Of a DNA stretch of 64,000 bases, positions 10,936-21,685 are shown piece after piece; position 1 is the stretch's first letter; the number at the start of each line of letters is the position of its first letter. The position numbers were made by a program, and so were the translations under genes. The notes beneath the pieces are model-generated. The model was given only the letters and a program-made list of their open reading frames with translations, was not told where the DNA came from and made no database searches. This DNA comes from an uncultured Chthonomonadaceae bacterium (GTDB taxonomy: Bacteria > Armatimonadota > Chthonomonadetes > Chthonomonadales > Chthonomonadaceae), in NCBI GenBank assembly GCA_963817895.1, contig CAWFQB010000011.1:64001-128000 (forward strand), written 5' to 3'.

Positions 10936-11412
10936 ATGCGCTTACTTTACTGGAAGACTACAGGGTCGCTTGCCGCGTTATTCCTGTTTGCGAGTGTTTT
11001 TTTGCTGACGCTGACGGGATGTGGCGGCACCGGTTCCGATGTTGTCACGGATAACGGGCCGTTCGTCAGCAGTCCGGGCATTACCCGCGTGGGGACGCCT
11101 ACGGTTGGCGGGGGGCAAACATATCTGTTTCACACCGAAATTCTTTTCAATGACCCCGCCGACAGCGCGAACCCGCCCGCTGTGGATATTCTCAACCCCT
11201 CCGGGCAATCGCTCATCGGCGGCAAGCAGAAATTGCAGCAGGTTCTCACCGCGAACGGTCAGCCCAACTCCGACCCCAACGGCTGGACGTACCAGTTCAC
11301 GCTGGCGCAGACCATGATTGTGCCAGCCGTCAATGTTGCCATCACCGCGCAGGACACATCCGCCAGAAAGGGCAATACCCCGTTCACGGCTGCCAATTTG
11401 AAATTGCCATAG
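10936..11412 (+). CDS. Lipoprotein of unknown function
   Basis: Signal peptide with LTGC lipobox. Confidence 0.7.
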   Translation: MRLLYWKTTGSLAALFLFASVFLLTLTGCGGTGSDVVTDNGPFVSSPGITRVGTPTVGGGQTYLFHTEILFNDPADSANPPAVDILNPSGQSLIGGKQKLQQVLTANGQPNSDPNGWTYQFTLAQTMIVPAVNVAITAQDTSARKGNTPFTAANLKLP

Positions 11413-11549
11413 GAAAGGTGTTCAGGTGTTCAGGTGTTCAGGGCAATGCAAGAGTAATAAGTTTGCCTGGGCGCGTTAAGGCTACTAACCAAATACCCGA
11501 ACACCTGAATACCTGAATACCCTCCTCAAAGTTGAGGTACAATTATCAC

Positions 11550-12682
11550 ATGAACACAATGACGTTGCCCACGCAAATTGACGACCAAACCAATGCGGCT
11601 ATTCTGGCCGTATCGGAAGATCAGATACAGGGATTTTTGGCTGACCCGATAGGGGAAATCGCCGTTAGGGCGGAAGTGCCGGCAGTAACCGTTATCGAGC
11701 GCATACAGGCGATGCTGCGGGCGGGAACGATCCGGCGCGTCCGGCAAACACTGATGGCGACCAATCTGGCGCAGGGTTCGCTTGTCGCGTGGCAAATTCC
11801 TGCCGATAAACTGGACACCGCTTTCGATTTTATGTTTCAGCAGGACCCGTTTTCCGGGCATGTCGTCCTGCGCTCAACGGATGCCGCCACGCCGGGCAGC
11901 AATTACCGGCTCTGGACAACCCTGAAGGTTCCACAGCACTACTCGCTCACGAAACACGCCGATTTTCTGGCGGCGAAAGTGGGCGCGGAACACTACCGCC
12001 TGATGCCCGCCAAACGCCTGTTCGCGCTTGGCGTAGGGCATATCCGGCGGCAAGGGAACCCCGGTCGGCAGCATGTCGGACGAGCCGGCAGAAGTGCTGG
12101 ACACCAACATCGTCGAACTGAGCGAACTCGATTGGCAGGTATTGGTTGCGCTGAAACGGGAATTTGAGCCGGACGAAATTCGCCGCAACCTGTGGGACGC
12201 GCGGGCGGACGAAGCGGGCGTAAACATGCCTACGTTTCTGGCCGTCGCCCGTTCCCTTTCCGAGCGGCGCGTGATCGGGCGCTTTTCCACGTTTCTGGAA
12301 CACGTCAAGCCGTCTACTGAAGGCAAGCGGGTCACGCGCTACAACGCCCTGTTCCACTGGGCTGTGCCACCGGGACGCGAAATAGAAACCGGGCGGCAGA
12401 TCGGGCGATTTCGAGATTATGACGCATGCGTACTGGCGCGAAGGCGGGGCCGAGTTCCGCAACGTCAATATTATGGGCGTGGCGCACGGCTTGGATAAAT
12501 CCCTGCTGCTGGAACACAAAGCCTCGATGGACGCGCACCTGCAAAACGTGGGGATTCCCGTTTCCTATACTAATGTGTTCTGGGGCGGCAGAAGCGAAAT
12601 CAAGCCCTCTGAAATCGCGCCTCAGGCGTACCGCCAATTCTGCGAACAAATGGGCTTTGATCCCAACACCATGCGCGAATAG
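11550..12682 (+). CDS. Lrp/AsnC-fold protein, AhbA/AhbB (siroheme decarboxylase)-like two-repeat fusion (frameshifted)
   Basis: Two HTH + RAM-like halves; GTIRRV, GHVVLR, THAYWR. Confidence 0.6.
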
Positions 12683-12767
12683 CCCTCACCCCCTGCCCCT
12701 CTCCAAAAAGCCTGGGAGAGGGGAGATATGAAAAACGGCTTTGTTGTTACTATGCGAGAGTAAACTC

Positions 12768-13337
12768 ATGGCGAACAACTGGAAGAAAACCGAGCATAAA
12801 CTGGCGGCCAATCATGGCTGGAAGGCCGCGCCGGGGAACAAAATCTGCGTTCTGGACCGGGGCGACCTGCAATTCGAGTACCCGCAACACTGGCATGTGG
12901 AACCGGACAAAGACAACAGCGCGATTAAAGTGACCGACAAGCCGCCGCCCAACGACGACTGCGTGTTGCGCGTGTCCATTTTGCGCTTTCCGCCTCTCAA
13001 AGCGGGGCATCCCTCCGTGCCGCTGCTGCTGCAAAACGCGATGGTTCATGCCGGACACTATCTGGACGCCGAGGACATACAGCGCGTTCCCCGCGAAGAC
13101 ATCGAAATCTACTGGGGCGAATACCGCGACATTGATAAAAAGCACAATCGGGAGGCCGTATGGCGCATGGCGTTTGCTAACAGCAAAGGACTGAAACGCA
13201 CCCTCTACGGGTTCATGACCTTCGGCTTCTGGCCCGAAGACGCGGAAAAAGCCAACCGCTTCTGGGATCACCTGCTCATAACCCTGATTATGGATCGCCC
13301 CGTTGCGGACCCGATACGGGGACCGATACTGCACTAA
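12768..13337 (+). CDS. Hypothetical protein
   Basis: Clean ORF with genome-typical codon usage. Confidence 0.7.
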   Translation: MANNWKKTEHKLAANHGWKAAPGNKICVLDRGDLQFEYPQHWHVEPDKDNSAIKVTDKPPPNDDCVLRVSILRFPPLKAGHPSVPLLLQNAMVHAGHYLDAEDIQRVPREDIEIYWGEYRDIDKKHNREAVWRMAFANSKGLKRTLYGFMTFGFWPEDAEKANRFWDHLLITLIMDRPVADPIRGPILH

Positions 13338-13427
13338 AGTTGATAGTTGATAGATGATAGGCTTCTGACTTGCAGAAGTCTACGTATTCCGCGCTGGCTA
13401 TCAACTATCAACTATCAACTATCAACT

Positions 13428-14732
13428 ATGCTAGACTTCACCCAGGTATTTACCCAGATACAAACGTTCGCCAACGAGCGGGCGGACGCATTGCCACGTC
13501 TGGAAGCCGCCTTGCGGGAAGCGCGGCGGCGTTTGGACGCTTCCGGGCCGACGTGGGAGGACACGCGAAGTAAAATCAGCGCGTCCAAAACCTCGTGGCT
13601 GGTCGCGTCCTGGCACGAGCCGCCCGATGCCGCTTACGCGCCGCTGCCCGCCCCTTCGCCCTGCACCGTGTTTGCCGCCGACGGTTCGCAGATCGTTTCC
13701 GACCGCCACGACATTGCGCTCTGCTACCTCCTCAACATCGGACTGATTGCCCTGCGCTACGGCACGGGCGAACGCGCCACGCTCACAAGCCGCCCCTATC
13801 TCGCCCTGCCCAAAGACGACCTGCTGGATGAATTTCAGGGCGAACAGGCCGCCATTGTTCCCAAACGCCTTGCCATCCGCCGCCTGCTGGCCGAAGTGGA
13901 GGGGCTTGTGGAGTTGATGGAAGAAAAGGAGAAGAGGAGAAAAGGAGAAGAGGAGATACGAGATACGAGATACGAGATACGAGAAGGAGAGGCAGCCCTA
14001 TCAACTATCAACTATCAACTAACAACTGCCTCATCCCTCATCCCTCATCCCTCATCCCTTGCGCTTTTTGACGGCAGCCTCATTTTATGGCCGCTGGAAA
14101 CGGAGCAGGAGGCGTTTCGTATGGAATCCGTTCTGGCGTTTGAGAAGTTGCTGGAGCAGGCGCGCAAGTCGCGGGTTCCCATTGCCGGGTACATCAGCGC
14201 GCCGCAGAGCCGGGACGTAGTGAACGCCCTGCGCGTGTTCCAATGTCCGCACGAATTATCGAACTGTGACCGCTATTGCCCGCAGCACAGCAAGCCCCGC
14301 CCGGAATACGTCGCGCCCCCCTGCGCGGGAACCGAAACCGTCCGCGATGCCGATCTATTCGAGCGTCTGCTTGAACCCGGCGAGCGTTCCGCTATTTTTG
14401 GGTCGCGTTCGCAAATCCTCAACACCTACGCGCCTCACCATCGTATTCGATTTTTTTATTTGCATACCGGGCGGGAAGTGGCCCGCGTCGAAATACCCGC
14501 ATGGGTGGCGGACGATCCCGAACTGCTGAACTTGACTCACTCCCTGTGCTGGGATCAGGCGCGGAAGGGTGATGGCTATCCCGTCGCTCTTGCTGAAGCG
14601 CACGAACAGGCCATCGTGCGGGGCGCGGAAAAAGCCGCGTTTTTCCAGATGATGCAGCGCGCCTTTGTCGCCACCGGCCAACCGGTCAGCACCACGCAAA
14701 AAGCCCTTTCCAAACGCGCCCGTCGCATTTAG
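13428..14732 (+). CDS. nurA: NurA-domain nuclease with in-frame repeat insert
   Basis: AADGSQ, FDGSL, GYP..L.EAHEQA motifs. Confidence 0.85.
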   Translation: MLDFTQVFTQIQTFANERADALPRLEAALREARRRLDASGPTWEDTRSKISASKTSWLVASWHEPPDAAYAPLPAPSPCTVFAADGSQIVSDRHDIALCYLLNIGLIALRYGTGERATLTSRPYLALPKDDLLDEFQGEQAAIVPKRLAIRRLLAEVEGLVELMEEKEKRRKGEEEIRDTRYEIREGEAALSTINYQLTTASSLIPHPSSLALFDGSLILWPLETEQEAFRMESVLAFEKLLEQARKSRVPIAGYISAPQSRDVVNALRVFQCPHELSNCDRYCPQHSKPRPEYVAPPCAGTETVRDADLFERLLEPGERSAIFGSRSQILNTYAPHHRIRFFYLHTGREVARVEIPAWVADDPELLNLTHSLCWDQARKGDGYPVALAEAHEQAIVRGAEKAAFFQMMQRAFVATGQPVSTTQKALSKRARRI

Positions 14733-14835
14733 TCGGAGAAGAGCAAACTACTTCCTCATATTACACCGAACTGTTTGCCGCTTTGCCTCCTACCTGATGA
14801 GTGAGGAACCAGCTAACTCCTGGAGGTACCCTTCG

Positions 14836-16308
14836 ATGAAAGAAGCAGGAAAGCCAAAAAGCTGGCACGCGCTGATCCCGATTCAGGCCAGCCTCGACCA
14901 CCGGGGCGGGTTTGGTCCAGATGTTGCGGCGCTGTTTCCACCGGCGGGAACATTTGAGGCGTTCGGTGGGCGGGAGGCTGTTGCCAAACTCGTTGATAAG
15001 CTCTACGACCGTATCGAAACCGACATCGTTCTACGCCCCGCGTTCAGCCGCGACCTGACGAAGGAGCGCGAGAGGGTGAAACTCTTCTTCGAAGCGTGGT
15101 TGGGTGGGGCGCAAACATACTTCGATTCGGGGTGGCCTCTGGGCCTGATGGCGGCGCACGGTTCCATTTCAATCAGTCGCGGTATGGCGGGCCGATGGGT
15201 ACGGCACTTCCTTGCCTCTTGCGCCGAGGCAGGCACCAATTCAACCGTCGTCACTCGCATCAAACCACTCATTTCTCGCCTTGCGATGGGGCTTGTAAAC
15301 CGGGTGGATGAGCCTGTATCCGGGGAGCGCCTCCGCTGTGGGGCCTACAGCGCCGATCCTCGATTCCTGCATTGCGTTCAACGGGACAATGCAGAGGGCA
15401 TTGTAGAACTGGCTGCCGCTCATCCACAGGTGATTCCGGGGCAGGGGCCGAGGCTCTTACTGGCGGCGGCCGTTCGCGGCAAGATCGGGGCTGCGGAGGC
15501 GCTTCTGAGTCAGGGAGTTGATGTGAACGGGGTCGCGATGCTGCAAGGAAGCGAGGCAAGCGCCTGCGGCCTCCCCATGTTACGGATTGCCCCGCTCTGT
15601 GGAGCGCTCGCCAGACGCCGAGAAGGGGTCGTGAAACTTCTTGTTGCGCATGGCGCTCAATACGACATTTTTACTGCCGCGTTCGTTGGCGATCTGAAGG
15701 GCGTGAAAGAACTGCTGGACCTGGCTCCCGAACTCTCGGACGCCGACGATCCCGCGTGTGATGTCGCCCACATCACCCCATTGACACATGCAGTATTTGC
15801 CGAACAGATGGAGGTCGCGCAACTGCTGTTGCAGCGGGGAGCGACCGTTGGCGTGAACAGCGTTCGACTGGTTCGGGCTGCGGCAAACCGGGGCAACGAA
15901 GCGTTGACCGATCTTCTGCTTGAACATGGAGCCGATCCCGCATCCATCGGCGCGGGAACCTGGGTTTTGTATCCGGCCCTCGCGACAAAACTGCTCGCCC
16001 GTGGCGCGAATGTTAATCAGGAGCCGGGCAGATGGGTCGGCCTGTGCTGCACCGGCAATAGCGGCCACAAAGAGAACGCCGCGCTTGCGCGGGCGCTGCT
16101 CCGTTGCGGGGCTGACGTATCCGTTCGGTATCGGGGCGATACAGCCCTGCATTGCGCCGCGAAAGCCGGATTCGCCCATGTCATAGAGGCATTGATTGAG
16201 TACGGCGCGGACATCCATGCGCTCAACGCTCAGGGGCAGACGCCGTTTGACGCGCTCCAGGCTGCGGGCAGGAGCAGCGATATACGGTTTCAATCCTTAG
16301 CCGGTTAA
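14836..16308 (+). CDS. Truncated hemoglobin-ankyrin repeat fusion protein
   Basis: FEAFGGREAVAKLVDKLYDRI, WLGG..Y, LMAAH; ankyrin TPL..A and TALHCAAKAG. Confidence 0.8.
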   Translation: MKEAGKPKSWHALIPIQASLDHRGGFGPDVAALFPPAGTFEAFGGREAVAKLVDKLYDRIETDIVLRPAFSRDLTKERERVKLFFEAWLGGAQTYFDSGWPLGLMAAHGSISISRGMAGRWVRHFLASCAEAGTNSTVVTRIKPLISRLAMGLVNRVDEPVSGERLRCGAYSADPRFLHCVQRDNAEGIVELAAAHPQVIPGQGPRLLLAAAVRGKIGAAEALLSQGVDVNGVAMLQGSEASACGLPMLRIAPLCGALARRREGVVKLLVAHGAQYDIFTAAFVGDLKGVKELLDLAPELSDADDPACDVAHITPLTHAVFAEQMEVAQLLLQRGATVGVNSVRLVRAAANRGNEALTDLLLEHGADPASIGAGTWVLYPALATKLLARGANVNQEPGRWVGLCCTGNSGHKENAALARALLRCGADVSVRYRGDTALHCAAKAGFAHVIEALIEYGADIHALNAQGQTPFDALQAAGRSSDIRFQSLAG

Positions 16309-16439
16309 AATGATTTGCGCCATTGTTGGCAGGGAGCAGGACGTTTTCTTGTTGGTGGCGAATAAAGCGGCATCCGCTGCAATTTTCATCTATGCTTCTG
16401 CCGAATGGACGGCGGAAGCAATCCCAGGAGAACGATGTC

Positions 16440-17366
16440 ATGACGTTTGAACACGATTTGCTGCTGTCTCGTCGCGCGCTGCTGCGCAATGGACTGCTGA
16501 CAACTCTGAGTCTGCCGCTTCTGGCGCAGGCATTTTCCGCCGAAGCCCAGGATGCGGCGCAAACCAATGCCACTCCCCGTCGCGGCGGTCCCTATGCGCC
16601 CTTCCGCGTGGGCATCCAATCCTACTCGCTGCGCCACTTCAAGACCGAGGAGATGCTTGCCAAGACGCAGGAATTGGGACTGCGCAATCTGGAAGCGTAC
16701 CCCTCGCATTTCCCCCTGACCGACGATCCCAAAGTTCTGGCCGGTTATCAAGACCAACTCAAAGCGCACAACGTTCGGCTCGTCGCGTATGGCGTGGTAG
16801 ACTTTAACGGCAATGAGGCGGACGCGCGCAAGAAGTTCGAGTTTGCCAAAGCGATGGGCGTACAGGTTCTCTCCGCGCACCCCAGCCCCGACGCCTTTCC
16901 CGTTCTGGACAAGCTGACCGAAGAGTACAAAATAAACATCGGCATCCACAATCACGGGCCGGGAGATGATCTGTACGATACGGAAGAGAAACTGCAAAAG
17001 GCGGTCATGGGACACAGCGAACGCATCGGCTCCTGCAACGACACAGGCCACTACCTGCGCAGCGGCGTCAACCCGATTCAGGTCGCCAGAGATATGGGAC
17101 CGCGCCTGCACGATATTCATCTCAAGAACGTGAAAATCGGCGCGAACAACGCCAAAGAGTTCACGGAAATCGGCGCAACCGGTGGCCTGATGGACACGCT
17201 GGCCCTGATGCGCGTTCTGGTAGACATCAAATATAGAGGCCCTGTCATGCTGGAATATGAGGAACACGAAGACAACCCCATGCCGCAAATCAAAGAGTGC
17301 CTGGACGCCACGCAACGCTACGCCAAAACCATCCGCGACGTGGGCATCCCGTCTAACGCGAAGTGA
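16440..17366 (+). CDS. Tat-exported sugar phosphate isomerase/epimerase (TIM barrel)
   Basis: SRRALL signal; GIQSYSLR, HNHG, DTGH, HLK, LEYE. Confidence 0.85.
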   Translation: MTFEHDLLLSRRALLRNGLLTTLSLPLLAQAFSAEAQDAAQTNATPRRGGPYAPFRVGIQSYSLRHFKTEEMLAKTQELGLRNLEAYPSHFPLTDDPKVLAGYQDQLKAHNVRLVAYGVVDFNGNEADARKKFEFAKAMGVQVLSAHPSPDAFPVLDKLTEEYKINIGIHNHGPGDDLYDTEEKLQKAVMGHSERIGSCNDTGHYLRSGVNPIQVARDMGPRLHDIHLKNVKIGANNAKEFTEIGATGGLMDTLALMRVLVDIKYRGPVMLEYEEHEDNPMPQIKECLDATQRYAKTIRDVGIPSNAK

Positions 17367-17373
17367 TTCATCC

Positions 17374-17584
17374 TCACCACAGAGACAGAGACACAGAGGT
17401 TTCACAGAGGGAAAGAAAAAGAGGGGAAATAGACAGGATTAACAGGATTTTCAGGATTAAACAGGATTACACAAGGCGAGAACACGCTTGCGGTCACTCC
17501 CTCTTATATCTTGTTTCTGGTATCTTCTCTTCTCATTCTCGTATTTCTCTGTGAAGCCTCTGTGTCTCTGTGTCTCTGTGGTGA
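17374..17584. repeat. Long inverted repeat built from ACACAGAG units enclosing CAGGATTAA tandem repeats
   Basis: 17374-17409 is complementary to 17547-17584. Confidence 0.85.
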
Positions 17585-17604
17585 ACTCTTCTGGAGATTG
17601 ACCT

Positions 17605-18870
17605 ATGACTTCCGGGGTGCGAATTGTGGATGTGGAGCGCATTGTCGTGGACGTGCCGTTTACGCCGCGCTGTCAGGAGTGGAACGCGCGGGAAGTGTGG
17701 CAATGGCGCATCAGCGAAGTGGTCCGGGTGACGACGGACGCGCCGGATATAGTGGGCTATGGTGAAACCATTCTGCACTATACGTGGGGGCGCGTGTCGG
17801 ATGAGGCGATAGCGAAAGTGAAGGGGCGCAATCCCGCCGAGTTTTTAGGGGATGACAGTCTGGGCGCGGGGCTGCAAATGGCGCTGTACGATGTGGTCGG
17901 CAAGGCGATGGGCGTACCCGCGTATCGGTTGTTGGGGTTGCCGCGCGTCCGCGAATGGTGTCCCATCAGTTGGTGGAACATTGACATGCCGCCCGAAGCG
18001 TTCGCGGCTGAAGCGCAGGACGCGCTTGCCGTCGGTTACACGTCGTACAAAATCAAGGCGCGGCCCTGGTGGGATGTTTACGAACAGGCAGACGCCATCA
18101 GCAGGGTGACGCCGCCCCATTTCCGGCTCGATCTGGATTGGAACAACATGCTGCTCAACGCGGGCAACGCCGCGCCCGTGCTGACCGAATTGGACAAGGA
18201 AGAGCGGATCGCCATCTACGAGTCGCCGATTATGCAGCGCGACGTGGAGGGGCATCGGCAACTGCGGCAAAAGACCACGCGCCCGATTGCCCTGCATTTT
18301 GGCGAACCGCCGTTTCCGGTCGCCATTCGGGATGAGGTTTGCGACGGGTTTGTTGTGGGCGGAGGCGTGGCGAGTATTCTGCGGCAGGGAACGCTTTCCG
18401 CCGCGTTTGAAAAACCGTTCTGGCTGCAAATGGTGGGTACGGGCCTGACAACTGCTATGTCAATCCATTTGGGCGCAGTCCTGCCGTTCGCGCAGTGGCC
18501 GAGCGTGAACTGCCTGAACAACTACGCCGACGACCTGCTGACCACGCCCTTAGAAATCAAAGGCGGTTATGCCCGCGTGCCGGAATTACCCGGATTGGGC
18601 ATTGAAGTGGATGAAGAAGCCTTAACACGCTATCGCATGGAGCCGCCGTTCGAGTTTCCCAAACCGCGCCTGTTGCTGTCGGTGGTGTGGCCGGGCGGGC
18701 GCGTCGTCCATTTTGCCAGCCTGCGCCAGTGCTGGGACGATTGTTGGGTGGGCAACAACCCCGTTCAGGAGCGCGGCGTCACGATGGAAGTCCACGCCGA
18801 CGACGGCACGAAAGAGTGGACAGACCTGTACAATCGCGTTCTGATAAACCCGGTGCGCGACCAACGCTGA
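17605..18870 (+). CDS. Mandelate racemase/muconate lactonizing (enolase superfamily) enzyme
   Basis: GYGE, MALYD..GK, KIK, D.N, ESP, PGLGIEVDE. Confidence 0.85.
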   Translation: MTSGVRIVDVERIVVDVPFTPRCQEWNAREVWQWRISEVVRVTTDAPDIVGYGETILHYTWGRVSDEAIAKVKGRNPAEFLGDDSLGAGLQMALYDVVGKAMGVPAYRLLGLPRVREWCPISWWNIDMPPEAFAAEAQDALAVGYTSYKIKARPWWDVYEQADAISRVTPPHFRLDLDWNNMLLNAGNAAPVLTELDKEERIAIYESPIMQRDVEGHRQLRQKTTRPIALHFGEPPFPVAIRDEVCDGFVVGGGVASILRQGTLSAAFEKPFWLQMVGTGLTTAMSIHLGAVLPFAQWPSVNCLNNYADDLLTTPLEIKGGYARVPELPGLGIEVDEEALTRYRMEPPFEFPKPRLLLSVVWPGGRVVHFASLRQCWDDCWVGNNPVQERGVTMEVHADDGTKEWTDLYNRVLINPVRDQR

Positions 18871-18908
18871 CCTGAAACATGTACCGCCGAAAAAGCGTAA
18901 TTTCAATC

Positions 18909-19100
18909 ATGGACAAGATAGTTACAATTTCGCGTTCCTTCAAAGAAGCTGAAGATAACGACAAGGCATATTACCAAAGCCTAACTCCTGTGCAACGCCT
19001 TGCTATCTTGCTTGAACTGAACCGCCGATGGACGCTTGACAACCATGCTGACCCTTCCCGCAGACTTGAAAGAGTTTATCGAATTGTTAAACTCAAATAG
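18909..19100 (+). CDS. Small protein paired with nucleotidyltransferase (antitoxin-like)
   Basis: YYQSLTPVQRL pattern; overlaps the next gene; lower GC. Confidence 0.6.
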   Translation: MDKIVTISRSFKEAEDNDKAYYQSLTPVQRLAILLELNRRWTLDNHADPSRRLERVYRIVKLK

Positions 19101-19488
19101 CGTTCGCTACCTTATCGTTGGTGGCTACGCCGTTGCTTTCCACGGTCATCCGCGTTTTACGGGTGACATAGACTTCTTCGTAGACCTGTCGGCGGAAAAT
19201 GCCACTCAAATTGAAAAGACACTGACGGCTTTTGGATTTGGCGCTCTTGGCCTTACAGCAAAAGATTTTCTCCAGCCCGATACCATTGTTCAACTTGGCT
19301 ACCCTCCCAACCGCATTGATCTGATTACCAGCGTGAGTGGCGTTACCTTTGCCGAAGCATGGAAAGAACGCGTATCTATAGAAGTTGATGACGTGACTGT
19401 TTCCGTAATTGGTAAAGCGGCCTTGATTATCAACAAACGCGCTTCAGGCAGACCAAAAGATATTGCCGATGTAGACGCGCTTGCTTAA
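19045..19488 (+). CDS. Nucleotidyltransferase family protein (DUF6036-like)
   Basis: VGGYAVAFHG.PRFTGDID, K.ASGRPKD..D. Confidence 0.85.
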   Translation: MLTLPADLKEFIELLNSNSVRYLIVGGYAVAFHGHPRFTGDIDFFVDLSAENATQIEKTLTAFGFGALGLTAKDFLQPDTIVQLGYPPNRIDLITSVSGVTFAEAWKERVSIEVDDVTVSVIGKAALIINKRASGRPKDIADVDALA

Positions 19489-19554
19489 CAAAAAGCAAAT
19501 CAACCGTCCGCTTGTATATACAGAAAAACGTTCTGTTAGCGCACAGGCAACTTT

Positions 19555-20010
19555 ATGCAAATAGATGAAAAACTTATCTCTGCTTTGAACCCGATAGTCA
19601 CACCGATTCAAGTGCGGTATAACGATACGGACGCGATGGGGCATATCAACAACGCGGTGTACCATACCTATCTGGAGTGTTGCCGGATCAGTTTTATGGC
19701 CGCGCTGAATCTGCCCCAACGCGAGGACGACAAACGCCCGCCGATTATCATGGCGCGGACAGAGATTGATTTTCTCAAACCCGGCTTTGTGGACGACGCT
19801 ATTGTAGTATCCGGCTGGCTGGCGTCGGTGGGCAACAAGAGTTTTACCATGCGTTTCAACATAGATGCCGGCAACCGGGTTCTGGCGCGGGCGGTGGGGG
19901 TGCAGGTCTGGTACGATTATGTGGCGGATAGCAGCGTACCCATTCCTGATGATGTCCGTACTCTCTTTGACCGGCTACTGCAAGCCGGTCAGGACAAAAA
20001 GGCCGAGTAA
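19555..20010 (+). CDS. Acyl-CoA thioesterase (4HBT family)
   Basis: DTDAMGHINNAVY..YLE. Confidence 0.9.
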   Translation: MQIDEKLISALNPIVTPIQVRYNDTDAMGHINNAVYHTYLECCRISFMAALNLPQREDDKRPPIIMARTEIDFLKPGFVDDAIVVSGWLASVGNKSFTMRFNIDAGNRVLARAVGVQVWYDYVADSSVPIPDDVRTLFDRLLQAGQDKKAE

Positions 20011-20091
20011 CCGTACTATTTTGATAGTCTTTATTTGCGTTTATTCGCGTTCATTCGCGGCTAACCTTTCTTTTTCTTGAGGAACCAAACC

Positions 20092-21030
20092 ATGCCTGAC
20101 GATGTTGCGGATGAAGAGATTACGCTTGTGGCAGGCGATTTGCGCCTGAAGGTTTCGCCGTATGGCGCGTCGCTGCGCGGGCTGTGGCGCGAGTCGGAGG
20201 ATGGGCAAAAGCACGACATTATTACGGGCTATACGGACGCGAAGGGCAAAGTGGGCGGGCAGGGCGACGTTCTGGTTCCGTTTCCGGGGCGCGTTCGCGA
20301 CGGGCGTTATACCTTCGACGGCAACACCTACGAAATGGCCCGCAACGACAAGGACGGCCCCAACGCCATTCACGGCTTTCTGCGACTCGTGGCGTGGGAA
20401 ACCCCGTCGCGAACTGAAAACTGGGTTCGTTTCGCCGTCTCGCTTGATCCCGCCGCGCATCCCGGCTATCCCTTCGGATTGCGGGCAACCGTTTTGTACA
20501 TGCTGGACCAGAACCGCTTTTCCTGCCGGTACACGATAGAGAATACGGGGCAACAGGCCGCGCCCGTTGCAATCGGATTTCATCCGTACTTTACGGTCGG
20601 CTCGGAATCCATCAACGCGGATACGCTGCATTTGCCGTTCGCGTCTACGCTGGAAATGGCGAACCTGTTGCCGACAGGACAGATTTTGCCCGTAGAGGGG
20701 ACGCTGTTCGACTTTCGGCAGGCCCATTCGATTGGCGACACAGTTTTCAACACCTGTTTTCTCAACCCCGTTCGGGATGCGGACGGTCTATTGCGCATCC
20801 GCCTTGCCGATGCAAATGAGGAACGCGCGCTGACCGTGTGGATGGATGATACCTTCAACTATGTCGTGCTGTATTCCGGCGATCCCCTTCCCGAACCGCA
20901 CCGTCGCCGCTCGCTCGCCATTGAACCCATGACCTGCGCGTCCGACGCTTTCAATCATCCTGAATGGGGATTGACGCGCCTGAAACCCGGACAGACGTTC
21001 GCGGGTTCGTGGGGCGTCAATGTAAGCTAA
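20092..21030 (+). CDS. Aldose 1-epimerase family protein
   Basis: PFPGRVRDG, NAIHG, GFHPYF, IEPMT. Confidence 0.9.
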   Translation: MPDDVADEEITLVAGDLRLKVSPYGASLRGLWRESEDGQKHDIITGYTDAKGKVGGQGDVLVPFPGRVRDGRYTFDGNTYEMARNDKDGPNAIHGFLRLVAWETPSRTENWVRFAVSLDPAAHPGYPFGLRATVLYMLDQNRFSCRYTIENTGQQAAPVAIGFHPYFTVGSESINADTLHLPFASTLEMANLLPTGQILPVEGTLFDFRQAHSIGDTVFNTCFLNPVRDADGLLRIRLADANEERALTVWMDDTFNYVVLYSGDPLPEPHRRRSLAIEPMTCASDAFNHPEWGLTRLKPGQTFAGSWGVNVS

Positions 21031-21092
21031 GGCTTAAAAGATTTTGTCTTCGGGAAACGAAGCGTCCCACACGCCTGTGAGGAACTTTCGAC

Positions 21093-21668
21093 ATGCGATT
21101 GCACACGCCACGATTGCTGCTGCGCGAATTCGAGGCTGAAGATTGGGAGGCCGTTCAGGAGTATGCAGGCGATCCCACAGCCGTGTCTTTTCGGCTTTTT
21201 GGCCCCTGTACCGATGAAGAAACGCGGACACTGATTCAGGCGCTCACGCGGCAAGTTCACCCGTTTCCGCGAACGCTCTATGACCTGGCAATCGTTCGGA
21301 CAGCCGATAATCGGCTGATAGGCGGTTGCGATATTGGCTTGCTGGCGGACAATTCTTCTGAGGCGGCTATGGGCTATGGGCTGAACCGCGCCTATTGGGG
21401 ACAGGGCTACATGACGGAGGCGGCAGCCGCATTACTGGCGTTCGGATTCGCGGAATGGAACATCGAACGATTCCGCGCGGATGTGGAACCCGACAATATA
21501 GCCTCGGCGCGGGTGCTTGAAAAAGTTGGAATGTGCCGTGTGGGACAGGGGCAGCAATGGATAAAAGGAGAGCAGCGCGTGGTGTGGCATTACGCCATAA
21601 CGGCAGAAGAGTGTGAAAGGGAACAGGAGATGTCATGCCGCGCGATTTCGACAAACGCTTCTTTGTAA
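21093..21668 (+). CDS. GNAT acetyltransferase (RimJ/RimL-like)
   Basis: TPRLLLR, YWGQGYMTEA, NIASARVLEKVGM. Confidence 0.9.
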   Translation: MRLHTPRLLLREFEAEDWEAVQEYAGDPTAVSFRLFGPCTDEETRTLIQALTRQVHPFPRTLYDLAIVRTADNRLIGGCDIGLLADNSSEAAMGYGLNRAYWGQGYMTEAAAALLAFGFAEWNIERFRADVEPDNIASARVLEKVGMCRVGQGQQWIKGEQRVVWHYAITAEECEREQEMSCRAISTNASL

Positions 21669-21685
21669 ACAGCAGCTTCCTGATA

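Noticed and set aside
13337..14059. CRISPR array
   Set aside because: Units are 7-9 nt tandem repeats without unique spacers; no cas genes.
16386..17405. Long antisense ORFs (also 8047-9060, 42320-43357, 56257-57420, 58537-59862)
   Set aside because: Shadows of well-supported genes in high-GC DNA with no recognisable motifs.
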